Shown here: piece after piece, positions 1-8,991 of the stretch
Numbering within the stretch: the stretch's first letter is position 1
How the letters are laid out: every line of letters starts with the position of its first letter
From: Candidatus Saccharimonadota bacterium
GTDB taxonomy: Bacteria; Patescibacteriota; Gracilibacteria; Absconditabacterales; Absconditicoccaceae
DNA length: 32,000 nucleotides
Direction of reading: 5' to 3'
Assembly: GCA_030429145.1 (NCBI GenBank)
Contig: JAUIDC010000001.1
Coordinates: 780,001 to 812,000 of the forward strand
Translations under genes and position numbers: made by a program
Notes under the pieces: model-generated
Databases searched by the model: none
Seen by the model: the letters and a program-made list of their open reading frames with translations, nothing else
Told to the model about the DNA's origin: nothing

Positions 1-149
1 TTGAATATAGTGAAACGAGCATATATTAACTCAGAAAGAGACTTAGAATGATTCTTAAAGGTAAAGGGTAAGTTTGTACAAGACTTGATATGACGATTAT
101 TCTTGGTTGTGTTATTCTTTATTATATCTTCGATAGTTAACAATAACCC

Positions 150-1075
150 ATATTAATCTTTCCCTATACCTTATTTAGTAATAGCCCAAATAAATTATCT
201 TCTTTTCTGTTATTATATCTCCAAACAAATTCATCTACATAAGCCTGCATCCATTGTTTGGAGACTCGATGATATATTCATCTAATACCTCTTTTGAGTA
301 AGCTCCAAAATCACTCAAGAGTATTTGTGTATACATCTCCTACAGCTCGCTCCCATCTGCTATGACAGACAGTATCATGCTGATAGCAAAGGGATAGATT
401 TCTATATCACCTTCGTTCATCTGAACATATCCTACTATGCTTTTCTACGTTTGCAAAAATAAAGGTTGTAAGGAACTCTTCTGTAGCGCTTTTCCCTATA
501 GTTGCCTTTATCTTTCCTGTATCGCGATTAAGAATTCAAACAACCATAGTTTTATTTCTTTGCCAACCATTATTCCATCATCATTTAACTCTTCCTCCCA
601 CATAAGTCTCATCGACTTCGCTAATTCATTTGAACATTGGGAGATCTTCCTTCATGAGTTTACGTATTTGTTGCATCATTCTCCAAGCCGTCTTATAGGT
701 GACTCTTATCTGTCTCGCTAGTTGATTTGAAGACAATCACTTCTTACTATTTGCTATGAAATACATAGCAAGAAACCATTTATGCAATGGTGTAGAAGAC
801 CTATAGAAGATGGTTCCACATTTCAATGTTTGCTGATGATTACAGCTGAATTTTCTACACTGATACTTTCTACTGTGAGATAATCTATACATAGTTGTTC
901 CACATTTTTGACATATTACTTTTGATTTTATTTTTGCAAGATGTTCATAACATTCTTCATCGGTTCTAAATTTCTCGATGAACTCTATTAAATTCATTCT
1001 GCAATTATTAAACAATAAAAGTCAATAATTGTAATGCAAAACAATGGCTATAGCAAGCCATTATCATACACGTGT
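150..1075 (-). mobile_element. IS1595-family insertion sequence (ends not resolved)
   Basis: Contains a complete IS1595/ISXO2-like transposase gene (164..1015). I could not identify convincing terminal inverted repeats or target-site duplications by eye, so the span is approximate. Hairpins at about 1041-1064 and 1098-1117 lie just upstream of the transposase start. Confidence 0.4.
164..1015 (-). CDS. IS1595-family (ISXO2-like) DDE transposase, intact only with 8 in-frame TGA read as Gly
   Basis: ORF 737..1015 encodes the N-terminal Zn-ribbon (CQKCG...CRKFSC...KCGTIF, then WFLAMYF). The same frame continues through TGA codons into LSSNQLARQI..KTAWRMMQQIR, SEVDETYVGG, SDERR-G-Y, VYTNTLE-G-FWSLLKR and YVDEFVWRYNNR, which are hallmark DDE_Tnp_IS1595 blocks. 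It ends at TAG 164-166. Length is 852 nt (283 aa). Confidence 0.85.
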
Positions 1076-1143
1076 ACGTGTATTTTTTAATTTTGTAAAG
1101 ATGCTTTTTTGCATCTATAAGAATAAAAATATATAATGTTAGT

Positions 1144-1488
1144 ATGAAAGAAGTTAGGATAAGAGACCCATTATATGGCATTTCTATTCAGGTATTCAGC
1201 GATATCTCTTTTGCAGATTGGAGAGAATCTTTTTGAATTTGAAAAGGGAAATCCGAAGTAAGTGTTGGGTGATTTACCTGGTATAATAATGAAACTTGAG
1301 GTGCACTCATATGGCTCAATAGAAAAGCATGACCAGAAATATTAATACACGAACTGTGGCATGCAATACATGGGGCATTAAAAGATAGATGATTCACTCC
1401 TAATAGCATTGCTGGGGAAGAGACGTATGCTTATCTTTTTCAATATTTTTATAGAAAGATGACTCAGAAAGGTTTATTTCCCAAATAA
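1144..1488 (+). CDS. small HExxH (zincin-like) protein, 114 aa, with 6 in-frame TGA; absent from the standard-code ORF track
   Basis: ATG 1144 to TAA 1486-1488 has no TAA/TAG for 115 codons in AT-rich DNA. In-frame TGA lie at 1234, 1240, 1270, 1297, 1330 and 1390. The table-25 translation MKEVRIRDPLYG...SVGGFTWYNNETGGALIWLNRKAGPEILIHELWHAIHGAL...FPK contains HELWH at nt 1348-1362. A TATAAT lies at 1132-1137 and a hairpin follows immediately downstream. Confidence 0.6.
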
Positions 1489-1512
1489 AAAAACACCGTT
1501 GTAGACGGTGTT
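1486..1512 (-). terminator. rho-independent terminator shared by convergent genes
   Basis: Stem acaccgt (1493-1499) pairs with acggtgt (1505-1511). The A-run 1487-1493 gives a U-tract on the minus strand after the 1542..1688 gene. The hairpin also sits 5 nt after the 1144..1488 stop. Confidence 0.7.
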
Positions 1513-1541
1513 CAAGATCAATATTAGCAAAAGAAAAGATA

Positions 1542-1688
1542 TTATTTTCTCTTGCGATTGGTGCCTGACTTTTTTTCTCCATCAGAGGTGTAAGGATTAC
1601 TTCTTGCGTGTCCTTTCACCTTGGTACCGTCAGCTTTAGTATAACCAGGTATTCTGTTATACTTTTGACCTTTGTCTGTTTTAGCCAT
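1542..1688 (-). CDS. small basic protein (48 aa), unknown function
   Basis: This is the internal ATG at 1688 of track ORF 1542..1877. The product is MAKTDKGQKYNRIPGYTKADGTKVKGHARSNPYTSDGEKKSGTNRKRK, followed by a terminator. The upstream part of the track ORF looks non-coding. Confidence 0.45.
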   Translation of the reverse strand: MAKTDKGQKYNRIPGYTKADGTKVKGHARSNPYTSDGEKKSGTNRKRK

Positions 1689-1829
1689 AAGGTATGTGGT
1701 TAAGAAATAAAAGAGTGTTTTTTTGTGGGTATGTTCTTTGCGAACATGTTGTGTAATCTGCATAATAAGCTTATTGCTGATTACACCCTGACTATATAGA
1801 ACGTACGTTTCTTTTTCAAGAGATTTTCT

Positions 1830-1867
1830 ATATATTGTGTTGCCGAACGTTTTTAGACACAATATAT
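1830..1867. promoter_or_regulatory. perfect 11-bp inverted repeat (candidate operator) in a divergent intergenic region
   Basis: atatattgtgt (1830-1840) and acacaatatat (1857-1867) are exact reverse complements with a 16-nt spacer. A TTGACA lies directly after, at 1871-1876. Confidence 0.35.
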
Positions 1868-2124
1868 GTGTTGACAAAAAACATATACTTATACCTTATA
1901 CTTCTTTTAAGGGAGATTTATCACTTGTTAAGTATCTCATATTCGTGGTTTTTGTTTATAAAAATATTATAGTTCTCTATGAGTGTAAGTCAACCCTTGT
2001 TTTCTCGCTCTTTTTCGGTAGAAAGAAGAAGATATTTAGTTTTTGAGTATGTATTTGTATGGCATCCTCTGCTCTCTCACAGATAGTATTGTTGCAGTGA
2101 TATTATAAGTTTTTATCGCTGTCG

Positions 2125-2835
2125 ATGTTTTTTGACCATTGCGTGAAGACAGATGATAGTATCACTGTCGGCGAACAAATTCGTATCCCCACGAGTGATA
2201 CGACTGCTATGATGCTCAATACCTCTATGGTAGAAAAGATACTGAAGGAGATTCGCCATCATCCGGACAAGAAAAATATCTTTGGTTATCTGGCGACTAT
2301 CAGTGCTTTGAGATGAGTTTTCTCATGTATGAAGGACTTTATGCAGAGTGATCGTCAGTTTGAGTACTTTCTCAAAGAGCTACTCAAGGACCAGTATTCT
2401 ACCTTTCAAAAGATCATCTACTTTTGCCGTAATGTGCTCTCTCATCATATCACTGCAGATATCGTGCTAACGAGAGAAGATTATGAAAAGCAAATGCTTA
2501 TGCTTCATCAGACGAAACGTCTGCATTTTGTGATGAACTATAAAAATGTCTTTGGAGCTGTCCGAAAAGGGAAAGAGACCTATGGGTTTACTATCGATAT
2601 CGATACTGCTCATATCAAGCAGGGGCAGAAATATACAAGTATCATCTCGTGGCATGAGCAATGGATGCTTGCAGAACTCTGCTACAATCTTAGCGAATAC
2701 TACAGAGCCAAGAAAATAGCAAAGAGTAAGGCCCCCACGATGACTAAGCAGGATGATACAAAGCCCGCAGCAGTGAAAAAAGCGCCACCAAAACGTAGAA
2801 GACGTAAAGTTGTAGCAAAGAAGAAAAGTTCATAA
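2125..2835 (+). CDS. hypothetical protein with an RNxxxH (HEPN-like) motif and a lysine/arginine-rich C-terminal tail
   Basis: Track ORFs 2125..2316 and 2329..2835 share a frame and are joined by TGA 2314-2316. The motif FCRNVLSHH fits Rx4H. The tail is KKIAKSKAPTMTKQDDTKPAAVKKAPPKRRRRKVVAKKKSS. Stop is TAA. Confidence 0.6.
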
Positions 2836-2997
2836 TATAATCCCTCATAGATCATGGCAGATTATTATAAAAGTTGAACATATATCACAGAAAATGTAGG
2901 AAATAATGCTATCTCATATGCTGAGAGAATGGCTTTGTGATCTCAGGGGAAACTCTATATTCCTCCTTTTGTGACATGAGGGATAGAAGATGTCGTT

Positions 2998-3576
2998 TTG
3001 GACGATAAAATCGTTTTTGAAGAGGTTGAGGATGGCCAACTCCTCTCTTGTTCAGGATTGAAGGAGCTTGTACAAGTATCACATCATGATAAACCTATCT
3101 ATATTACTGACAATCATCATCACGCATTATATTTCCGATACAAAGCGCTCAACGACGGCCTTATTTCTCCAGGAGCTACGCTCCTCCATATCGATCAGCA
3201 TGCTGATATGAACGAGCCTGTAGCTCGAATAGATCCTGATAAACAGTCCGACATGGACTATATAGCTACGTATGTGAATGAACAAACTCAAATCGCTTCA
3301 TTTATCCAACCAGCATTGAAGACGGGTCTTTTTGCAGAGTGCGTACAGATCAGAAGTGAGTTTGCACTACAGGAGGCTGTCAGCAAGATTAAATCATTTT
3401 GACCTTATGTCTTGGATATTGACCTCGATTTCTTTGTGTCTGAGTCTGATGTGTCAGAAAAAGTAGCTCTGATACAAAAGCTTATCTCAGGAGCGTCACT
3501 TGTAACGATAGCTACTTCCCCATCGTTTTTGGACCAGAAAAGGGCTTTGGAGCTACTACATACCCTATTACAATAA
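2998..3576 (+). CDS. UPF0489-family protein (arginase/deacetylase-like fold)
   Basis: TTG start at 2998. Motifs seen are ITDNHHHALYF, LLHIDQHADM and, after in-frame TGA 3400-3402, LDIDLDFF...IATSPSF. Ends at TAA 3574-3576. Confidence 0.6.
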
Positions 3577-3749
3577 CTATTGATTTTCGAAAAAGTCTGT
3601 ATAGACTTAGCCTACATATTATTATCTGTGTATCCATAAAGCATACACCGTTAGTAATAGGTAATTTACGTTGACACTCAATGGGTTCCTCGTCTGGTTA
3701 ACCGGGAACTCATTAAAGGGCTCAGGTATTCACCTAGAGCTCTTTTTTC

Positions 3750-3777
3750 TTGACAAACGTATTCTAGGTCGTATAAT
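3750..3777 (+). promoter_or_regulatory. near-consensus sigma70-type promoter
   Basis: TTGACA 3750-3755, a 16-nt spacer, then TATAAT 3772-3777, located 29 nt upstream of ATG 3806. Confidence 0.5.
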
Positions 3778-3805
3778 CTCAGGCACATCATTAAATTCAC
3801 AGAAT

Positions 3806-4054
3806 ATGAACACTACATTACAGAAACCAAAACAACGTAAGAGAATTACAAGACAGACGGCTAAAAACAAGAATTTTAAGCAGATAAAACTGTCTAAAGA
3901 CAAAGAAAAAGAACTGCAAAAACGGGCAAATCAACCACGTTATCAGCATCACAAGGACTGTCAGGAGATTACTCCAACAAAAAGTCTTTTCAGGGGTGCT
4001 ATAGGTTCAAGTGTCTATTATATGTTCCGCGGATACTCTGGAGGAGCATTGTAG
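3806..4054 (+). CDS. small basic protein (82 aa), unknown function
   Basis: Internal ATG of track ORF 3671..4054, placed just downstream of the consensus promoter. The product MNTTLQKPKQRKRITRQTAKNKNFKQIKLSKDKEKELQKR... is lysine/arginine rich. A terminator follows. Confidence 0.45.
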   Translation: MNTTLQKPKQRKRITRQTAKNKNFKQIKLSKDKEKELQKRANQPRYQHHKDCQEITPTKSLFRGAIGSSVYYMFRGYSGGAL

Positions 4055-4080
4055 TGATTGATGAGTGAAGAGGAAACGAG

Positions 4081-4115
4081 AGAGCTACGGTTATCCACCG
4101 GTGGGCTCTTTTTTT
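4081..4115 (+). terminator. rho-independent terminator
   Basis: agagc (4081-4085) pairs with gctct (4105-4109), enclosing the palindrome ccaccggtgg. A T-run follows at 4109-4115. Confidence 0.6.
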
Positions 4116-4127
4116 ATAGGTGATTTT

Positions 4128-4156
4128 TTGCTTTTACAAGCGGATTTGAGTATAAT
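4128..4156 (+). promoter_or_regulatory. sigma70-type promoter for the lipase gene
   Basis: TTGCTT 4128-4133, a 17-nt spacer, then TATAAT 4151-4156, located 28 nt upstream of ATG 4184. Confidence 0.45.
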
Positions 4157-4183
4157 TATAGTGTTATTTTGTAATAGTTTTCT

Positions 4184-5041
4184 ATGTCCGTAGGAACTGC
4201 TCTCAAATCGGCTCGATGAGCCATTGGAACGTTTGGAAAAGATGCTATCAATATCGCAAGCCGTACTTTGAAGAAACCGGTGCAGTTTTTGGCTGAAAAA
4301 AGCAATTTTTTTTCGTGAATTATGGAGTACTTGCCGACGGATAGCATTAGACAGCAGTGGGAAGGTATCCATTCGTCGTTCGCGGGAGTATTTGATAAGG
4401 TATTTGAAGAAGATGATTTGAATTTGGATATACAGGATGTGCCTTGTGCATATATTGCGGATAGGGTCTATTTAAATCCGTTTGAGCGTCCAAGACATGT
4501 GTTTGGTTTTGAGTTAGATGAAAAGTTTAATGAGTTTGAGTATGCGCTTTACGTCAATCATAAGAAAAAGAAGTGGATCATTGGCTATAGAGGGACAGAA
4601 GTGACTGCCGTAAAGGACTATATTAGTGACTTGCATATTGTACTTGGGACGCAATCATGGAATCAGAGATTTAGTGCGTCTGAGCATGTCTATAAGCAGG
4701 CAAAAAAGCTTTTTCCCGACTACCATAGTATCGTGACAGGCCACTCATTGGGTGGAACGATAGCATATTTTATTGCAAAGAAGTTTCTTCCAGACCGTTG
4801 TGTCGCTTTCAATCCTGGATCAAGTGCTAACCCGACCTTTGCGCAGCTTATCGCTGATACGCAGGTGCAAGCTGACTGGACGAGGCGTGTGTTTACCTAT
4901 CGTATTGCTGGGGATCCTATTTCGACGTTGAGTGTTATTGGGTATACGAGAACTTTCCGCAAGCGTCACCTCAATCCCCTTGCATTGCATGCTATTGGTA
5001 ATTTCTGCTCACTTCCTGATGTTTCTAAGGATGTTTACTAG
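4184..5041 (+). CDS. class-3 lipase-like alpha/beta hydrolase (GHSLGG nucleophile elbow)
   Basis: Track ORF 4322..5041 carries GYRGTE...VTGHSLGGTIAYF. The same frame is open upstream to ATG 4184 through TGA 4217-4219 and 4316-4318 (MSVGTALKSAR-G-AIGTFGKD...NFFS-G-IMEYL). This places the start right after the promoter. The start is less certain than the gene itself. Confidence 0.7.
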
Positions 5042-5106
5042 AAATAAAAACTATTGCATACTATAAAAAAAGGATTACAATTTTCCCTACACTAAATCTC
5101 TAAACG

Positions 5107-5388
5107 ATGAGAAGGATATACTATTACGTAAGGTTAATGAATGTTCTCCTGTATCATATGGGAGAGGATGTGCATGCCACTCGAGCGTGGGTCGTGAAAA
5201 TGTCAGAGTGTGCTGGAGTGTTGCTTTTGTTCTTTGCAGCTGTATATGCGGTAATGCATCAGGCTACTCTTGCAGCATTTGTAGTGCTACTCTTAGGAAT
5301 ATTCTTCTTTTTTATATTTACCGTGATGCCTCCTGTTGCTCATCGTATCTATAAACAAAGAAGGTTCGCCTCTCGTTCTGCATCGTAA
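5107..5388 (+). CDS. small membrane protein (two hydrophobic helices), unknown function
   Basis: Hydrophobic stretches are AGVLLLFFAAVYAVM and AAFVVLLLGIFFFFIFTVM. A terminator follows. The true start may be an internal Met. Confidence 0.35.
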   Translation: MRRIYYYVRLMNVLLYHMGEDVHATRAWVVKMSECAGVLLLFFAAVYAVMHQATLAAFVVLLLGIFFFFIFTVMPPVAHRIYKQRRFASRSAS

Positions 5389-5409
5389 TCACATTTCTAT
5401 TATTCATCC

Positions 5410-5443
5410 GCCTGACCAGGAACCCTCGGTTAGGCTTTTTTTT
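5410..5443 (+). terminator. rho-independent terminator
   Basis: gcctgacc (5410-5417) pairs with ggttaggc (5428-5435), followed by T8. Confidence 0.65.
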
Positions 5444-5470
5444 ATCTTTGAAATCTCTATACTAGTCCGC

Positions 5471-6505
5471 ATGATTATGTGACTTGCCCCTATGGATGGT
5501 ATAACCAATGCTGCTTATCGTATCGTCGTGAAGCAGATTTTTGAGAAATATAACAAAGAACATGAACTTTGGATGTGGACGGAGTTTATGAATGCAGAGG
5601 GCTATGTTCGCGAGCCACAGCGTCTGGTCCATCATATCATTAAGACCGACTATGAGGACAATACGATCGCTCAGATCTATGGTGGAGATCATGAGGATTT
5701 GGTGAAAACTGCAAAGGATATCGCTGAGAAGTATCCATCTTTTTCTGGTATAGAACTCAATATCGGTTGTCCTTCTCCAAAAGTGATGGCTTGTGGCGGT
5801 GGTGCCGGTATGATGAGAGAAAAAGAAAAAACTCTTGAATTGATGAAGCGTCTACGTGATGTGTGCGGTCTACTCCCCTTTAGCATGAAGACTCGTGCTG
5901 GACTGACAGAAGATGATAAGCAGGCACAAAAAGAGTTTATCATAGCCTCTGCAGAGTTTTGTCAGACGCTTTCTATACATGGAAGAACCTATAAGCAGTG
6001 ACACTCGGGTGATGTAGATTGGCAGATGATTTATGATATTAAAGAGGCCGTTGGTGACAAGGCGCTCGTTATCGGAAATGGTGGAGTAAAATCATATGAG
6101 CATGCCTTAGAACTGAAGCATAATCTCGATGGTATCATGATAGCTCAGGCCGCGATCGCAGATCCGTGGATCTTCGTGCCACATGAGCCTACGCCTGCAG
6201 AGCGTCGTGAGACCATTCTTTTCCACTTGAAGCTGATGATTATTGCTTTTGACTATTATCATAAGAACTTACATTTCACAGAGAAATTCACTCAACCGTC
6301 GTATGAACAGTGGATGAATGAGGTAGAAAACTTCGATATCAGTCGTTATGATGTAGGAAAATCAGTTATCGAATATAGAAAATATTTGTTCAATTATGTG
6401 GGTGGGCTGACTGGTAGCAAAGAGTTTAAGAGAATAGCTGCGACCATTAGAGACTATCAGCCGTTAGTCGATGCAGTCAATGAGTTTTTCGCGACACTTT
6501 CGTAA
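5471..6505 (+). CDS. dus: tRNA-dihydrouridine synthase
   Basis: MIM-G-LAPMDGITNAAYR restores the conserved LAPM(x)G(x)T N-terminus only by reading TGA 5480-5482. Other motifs are ELNIGCPSPKV and SIHGRTYKQ-G-HSGDVDW, which crosses TGA 5999-6001. Track ORFs 5492..6001 and 6026..6505 are in the same frame. Confidence 0.85.
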
Positions 6506-6508
6506 AAA

Positions 6509-6910
6509 TTATTGTATCTCCTCTACTTGTTCCTGTAGTGTTTCTCCTGTATAGGTCACTTTTAGGATAATGCTTTCGAGACTGAAATTTCTTGTCTGTC
6601 TTTCGCTATCGAGATACTTATTGCCGCTCATGACTTTCTCTCGAAGAAGCTTTTGCTTTTCTGCATTTTCTAGTGCGATCAGGCTATATTCAAATTCGAT
6701 CTTATCAAGTTCTCTTTGTTCTGTTCTTAAGAAAAATCCAAGTGTAGATCCTTGGTTTACAAAGTAGATGTAGACACCTCCGAAGAATAGAAAAAGCCCT
6801 GCAATGACACCAATTTTGATATACTCTACGAGTCTCTTATTGGTTCTTAGTCTGTTTTGCAGTTTCAGATACTCTCTGGCTACGGACTTTGCTATTGGTA
6901 ATTTATTCAT
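6509..6910 (-). CDS. FtsL-like cell-division membrane protein
   Basis: 133 aa with a single TM (IGVIAGLFLFFGGVYIYFV) followed by a coiled-coil-like region, sitting immediately downstream of rsmH as in dcw clusters. The call rests on position and architecture, not on sequence motifs. Confidence 0.5.
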   Translation of the reverse strand: MNKLPIAKSVAREYLKLQNRLRTNKRLVEYIKIGVIAGLFLFFGGVYIYFVNQGSTLGFFLRTEQRELDKIEFEYSLIALENAEKQKLLREKVMSGNKYLDSERQTRNFSLESIILKVTYTGETLQEQVEEIQ

Positions 6911-6952
6911 CGTTGTCTACTCTACTAAAGTGCATCTCGTATGCAAGAAATC

Positions 6953-7852
6953 TTACCTTACTCTTTCGATGACACGCAACTTTGCGCTACGTGCTGCCCT
7001 GTTGTGCTGTACTTCCAGGTAGTGTGGTTTGATGACTTTCTTATTGTACAGCTCATACCCTGCCTCATCAGCAAGCTGCTTAAATGCAATTTTCACCAAG
7101 CGATCCTCTATACTATGATAGGTCATAATTGCACACCTTCCTCCCTTACTCAACAATGGTGGAAACTTCTCCAAAAAAATAATTAACTCATCCAATTCAT
7201 GATTGGTTTCTATTCTCAAGCACTGAAAGATAATCGGCATCTGGTTTTTTCTTATTCCTTTCTTTTTGAGTGTGTCGTGGAGTTCCGTGGTTGTCAATAT
7301 GTGTCCATTTGTCCTTTCTGCAATAAGCGCATCAGCAATATATAAGCCACTCTTTTCTGGGAAGTCGCCATATTTCACAAACACCTCAGCGAGTCTTTCA
7401 CGTGGGTAGGTGTTGACGATCCTTGCAGCAGTCTGGCCGTTCGTCTGGTCGAAGCGCATATCCAATGGAGCATCGTAGAGAAATGAAAATCCACGCTCGG
7501 GGTCTTTAAAGTGCTCCATGTTTACTCCAAGATCTAAGAGTATGTAGTCTATTTGTGGTAGTAACTCACTCTGTAGTATCTCTTCTATGTGGCTGTAACT
7601 GTTGTGTACAAAGTCGATATGTGCATGATACTTGTGCACAAGTTCCCTTCCCTTTTCAAGCATCTTGAGATCACGATCAACAGCGACAATTCTTTTGTTT
7701 TTTACTGCATCCTCTCCTTCGTGAGCCTGGAGTTGTTGCATAATGTATTCGACGTGGCCACCATGCCCAAAAGTACCGTCCATATAGGTTTTCCAACCCG
7801 ACGGCAGCGACTCAAATACCTCCTTCGCCATAACTGGCTGGTGACGTAACAT
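6953..7852 (-). CDS. rsmH: 16S rRNA (cytosine1402-N4)-methyltransferase RsmH/MraW
   Basis: Motifs seen are HQPVMAKEV, DGTFGHGGH, LLDLGVN, SFLYDAPLDMRFD, TYHSIEDRLVK and NRAARSAKLRV. No in-frame TGA. Confidence 0.9.
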   Translation of the reverse strand: MLRHQPVMAKEVFESLPSGWKTYMDGTFGHGGHVEYIMQQLQAHEGEDAVKNKRIVAVDRDLKMLEKGRELVHKYHAHIDFVHNSYSHIEEILQSELLPQIDYILLDLGVNMEHFKDPERGFSFLYDAPLDMRFDQTNGQTAARIVNTYPRERLAEVFVKYGDFPEKSGLYIADALIAERTNGHILTTTELHDTLKKKGIRKNQMPIIFQCLRIETNHELDELIIFLEKFPPLLSKGGRCAIMTYHSIEDRLVKIAFKQLADEAGYELYNKKVIKPHYLEVQHNRAARSAKLRVIERVR

Positions 7853-8006
7853 AGTGCATTGTATATAGATATCTCTTCTAAAAGCTATGCAAACTTATGC
7901 TTGATAAATTTTGTGTAATATATATCATTGAACGCATGTCAATATCCTGTTTTTAGGCTATTGATGAACCTTAAAAACAAAGCTAAAACGATTTAAAAAC
8001 TCGAGT

Positions 8007-8828
8007 ATGAACAAGATCGAAATGAAGGGGGTAATCACTGACGACCCTCAAAAGAGAAATTTTATTGGTTTCCTGATAGGAGAAGACGCCTATTGTATCC
8101 ATCAGTTTCCTCATAAAGAAGGTGGTGTAGCCTCTGTAATCTATAGAGCTGTATTGGATCAGGGAGCGATAGTTCCTAAAGATGTATCACAGTTAGATGT
8201 GTTTCTTTCTCAACTGATGGAGAAAAATGGTGGACAGCCCATCTTCCACTTAATGCTCAATACACAGGAAGAAGCGGATCGCTTGCCTAAGGCGTTGTTT
8301 AAAGATTATGCTGAGTATCAGCAGTATTGTATGGACCACAATAGTTATGCGGCTGATTCTGATGACTATGAGATGCTTTGTGGGGACGGTAAGTTGAAGG
8401 ACCTTTTACAAACTATTATAGGTGCGATGACAGACCCTATGTTTGAAAGCCTGGTTCCGTACGTACCTGAAAAGGTTTCTGCTAATCAGCCTAACAGGGC
8501 TCAGACGGTTGCAGAAATCTTATTTATGCTCAATCAACCGAACGAGGTAACGCCTACTATGAGACGAACGCTTTTGGATAGTATTGCTACTCAGCTTCCA
8601 TTGGAAAAAGAGCCAAGTAAAATCTATCAGCTGTTCAAAGATAGGACTACTGACCCGGAAGTCTGGGCTCGTGCGATTGCTACACCTGGAGATCACTTTA
8701 CAGGAGAACAGATCATTTCTATCTGTAAGGAGTTGCACGATTCTTCAGTGTATGACGCAGCGCTAGCATCAGATAAGCTCAATGAGGTGCAGAAAAAGGA
8801 AATACAAGAGCAACAGTCAGTACATTAA
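8007..8828 (+). CDS. hypothetical protein (273 aa), paralog of the next gene
   Basis: Uninterrupted ORF with its own terminator. It shares the block LFKDYAEYQQYCMDH with IKDYRKYKEYCELRG of 8992..9609. Confidence 0.6.
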   Translation: MNKIEMKGVITDDPQKRNFIGFLIGEDAYCIHQFPHKEGGVASVIYRAVLDQGAIVPKDVSQLDVFLSQLMEKNGGQPIFHLMLNTQEEADRLPKALFKDYAEYQQYCMDHNSYAADSDDYEMLCGDGKLKDLLQTIIGAMTDPMFESLVPYVPEKVSANQPNRAQTVAEILFMLNQPNEVTPTMRRTLLDSIATQLPLEKEPSKIYQLFKDRTTDPEVWARAIATPGDHFTGEQIISICKELHDSSVYDAALASDKLNEVQKKEIQEQQSVH

Positions 8829-8862
8829 ATACAAATGCAGAAAAAGAAAAAACTATTTGTAG

Positions 8863-8894
8863 ATAGCCAGGTAATACGCCTGGCTATTTTTTTA
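8863..8894 (+). terminator. rho-independent terminator
   Basis: atagccagg (8863-8871) pairs with cctggctat (8879-8887), followed by a T-run. Confidence 0.7.
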
Positions 8895-8991
8895 TTTTCA
8901 GCTTGCTATATTCGTCCAGAAGTGTATTATTCGTTGTATGTCAATAGTGGCATGTGATCATTAACCCATTGTTAAACTAAAAACGTCTTTT

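Noticed and set aside
1-156. Possible 3' end of a plus-strand gene entering from the left edge (open to TAA 154-156 through two TGA, with a hydrophobic tail LFLVVLFFIISSIV)
   Set aside because: It is only 51 codons. An open frame of this length is not improbable by chance across six frames, and it would leave no room for an IS end. Insufficient evidence.
437-721. Track ORF 437..721 (+)
   Set aside because: It is antisense to the IS1595 transposase reading frame, has low-complexity composition and no motif. A shadow ORF.
1188-1582. Track ORFs 1188..1409 and 1400..1582 (-)
   Set aside because: They are antisense to the table-25 HExxH gene (1144..1488) and their translations have no recognisable features. 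The plus-strand frame is the better supported reading.
3671-3805. N-terminal 45 codons of track ORF 3671..4054
   Set aside because: A near-consensus promoter (3750-3777) and a hairpin with a U-tract (about 3712-3748) lie inside this stretch. The gene is more likely to start at ATG 3806.
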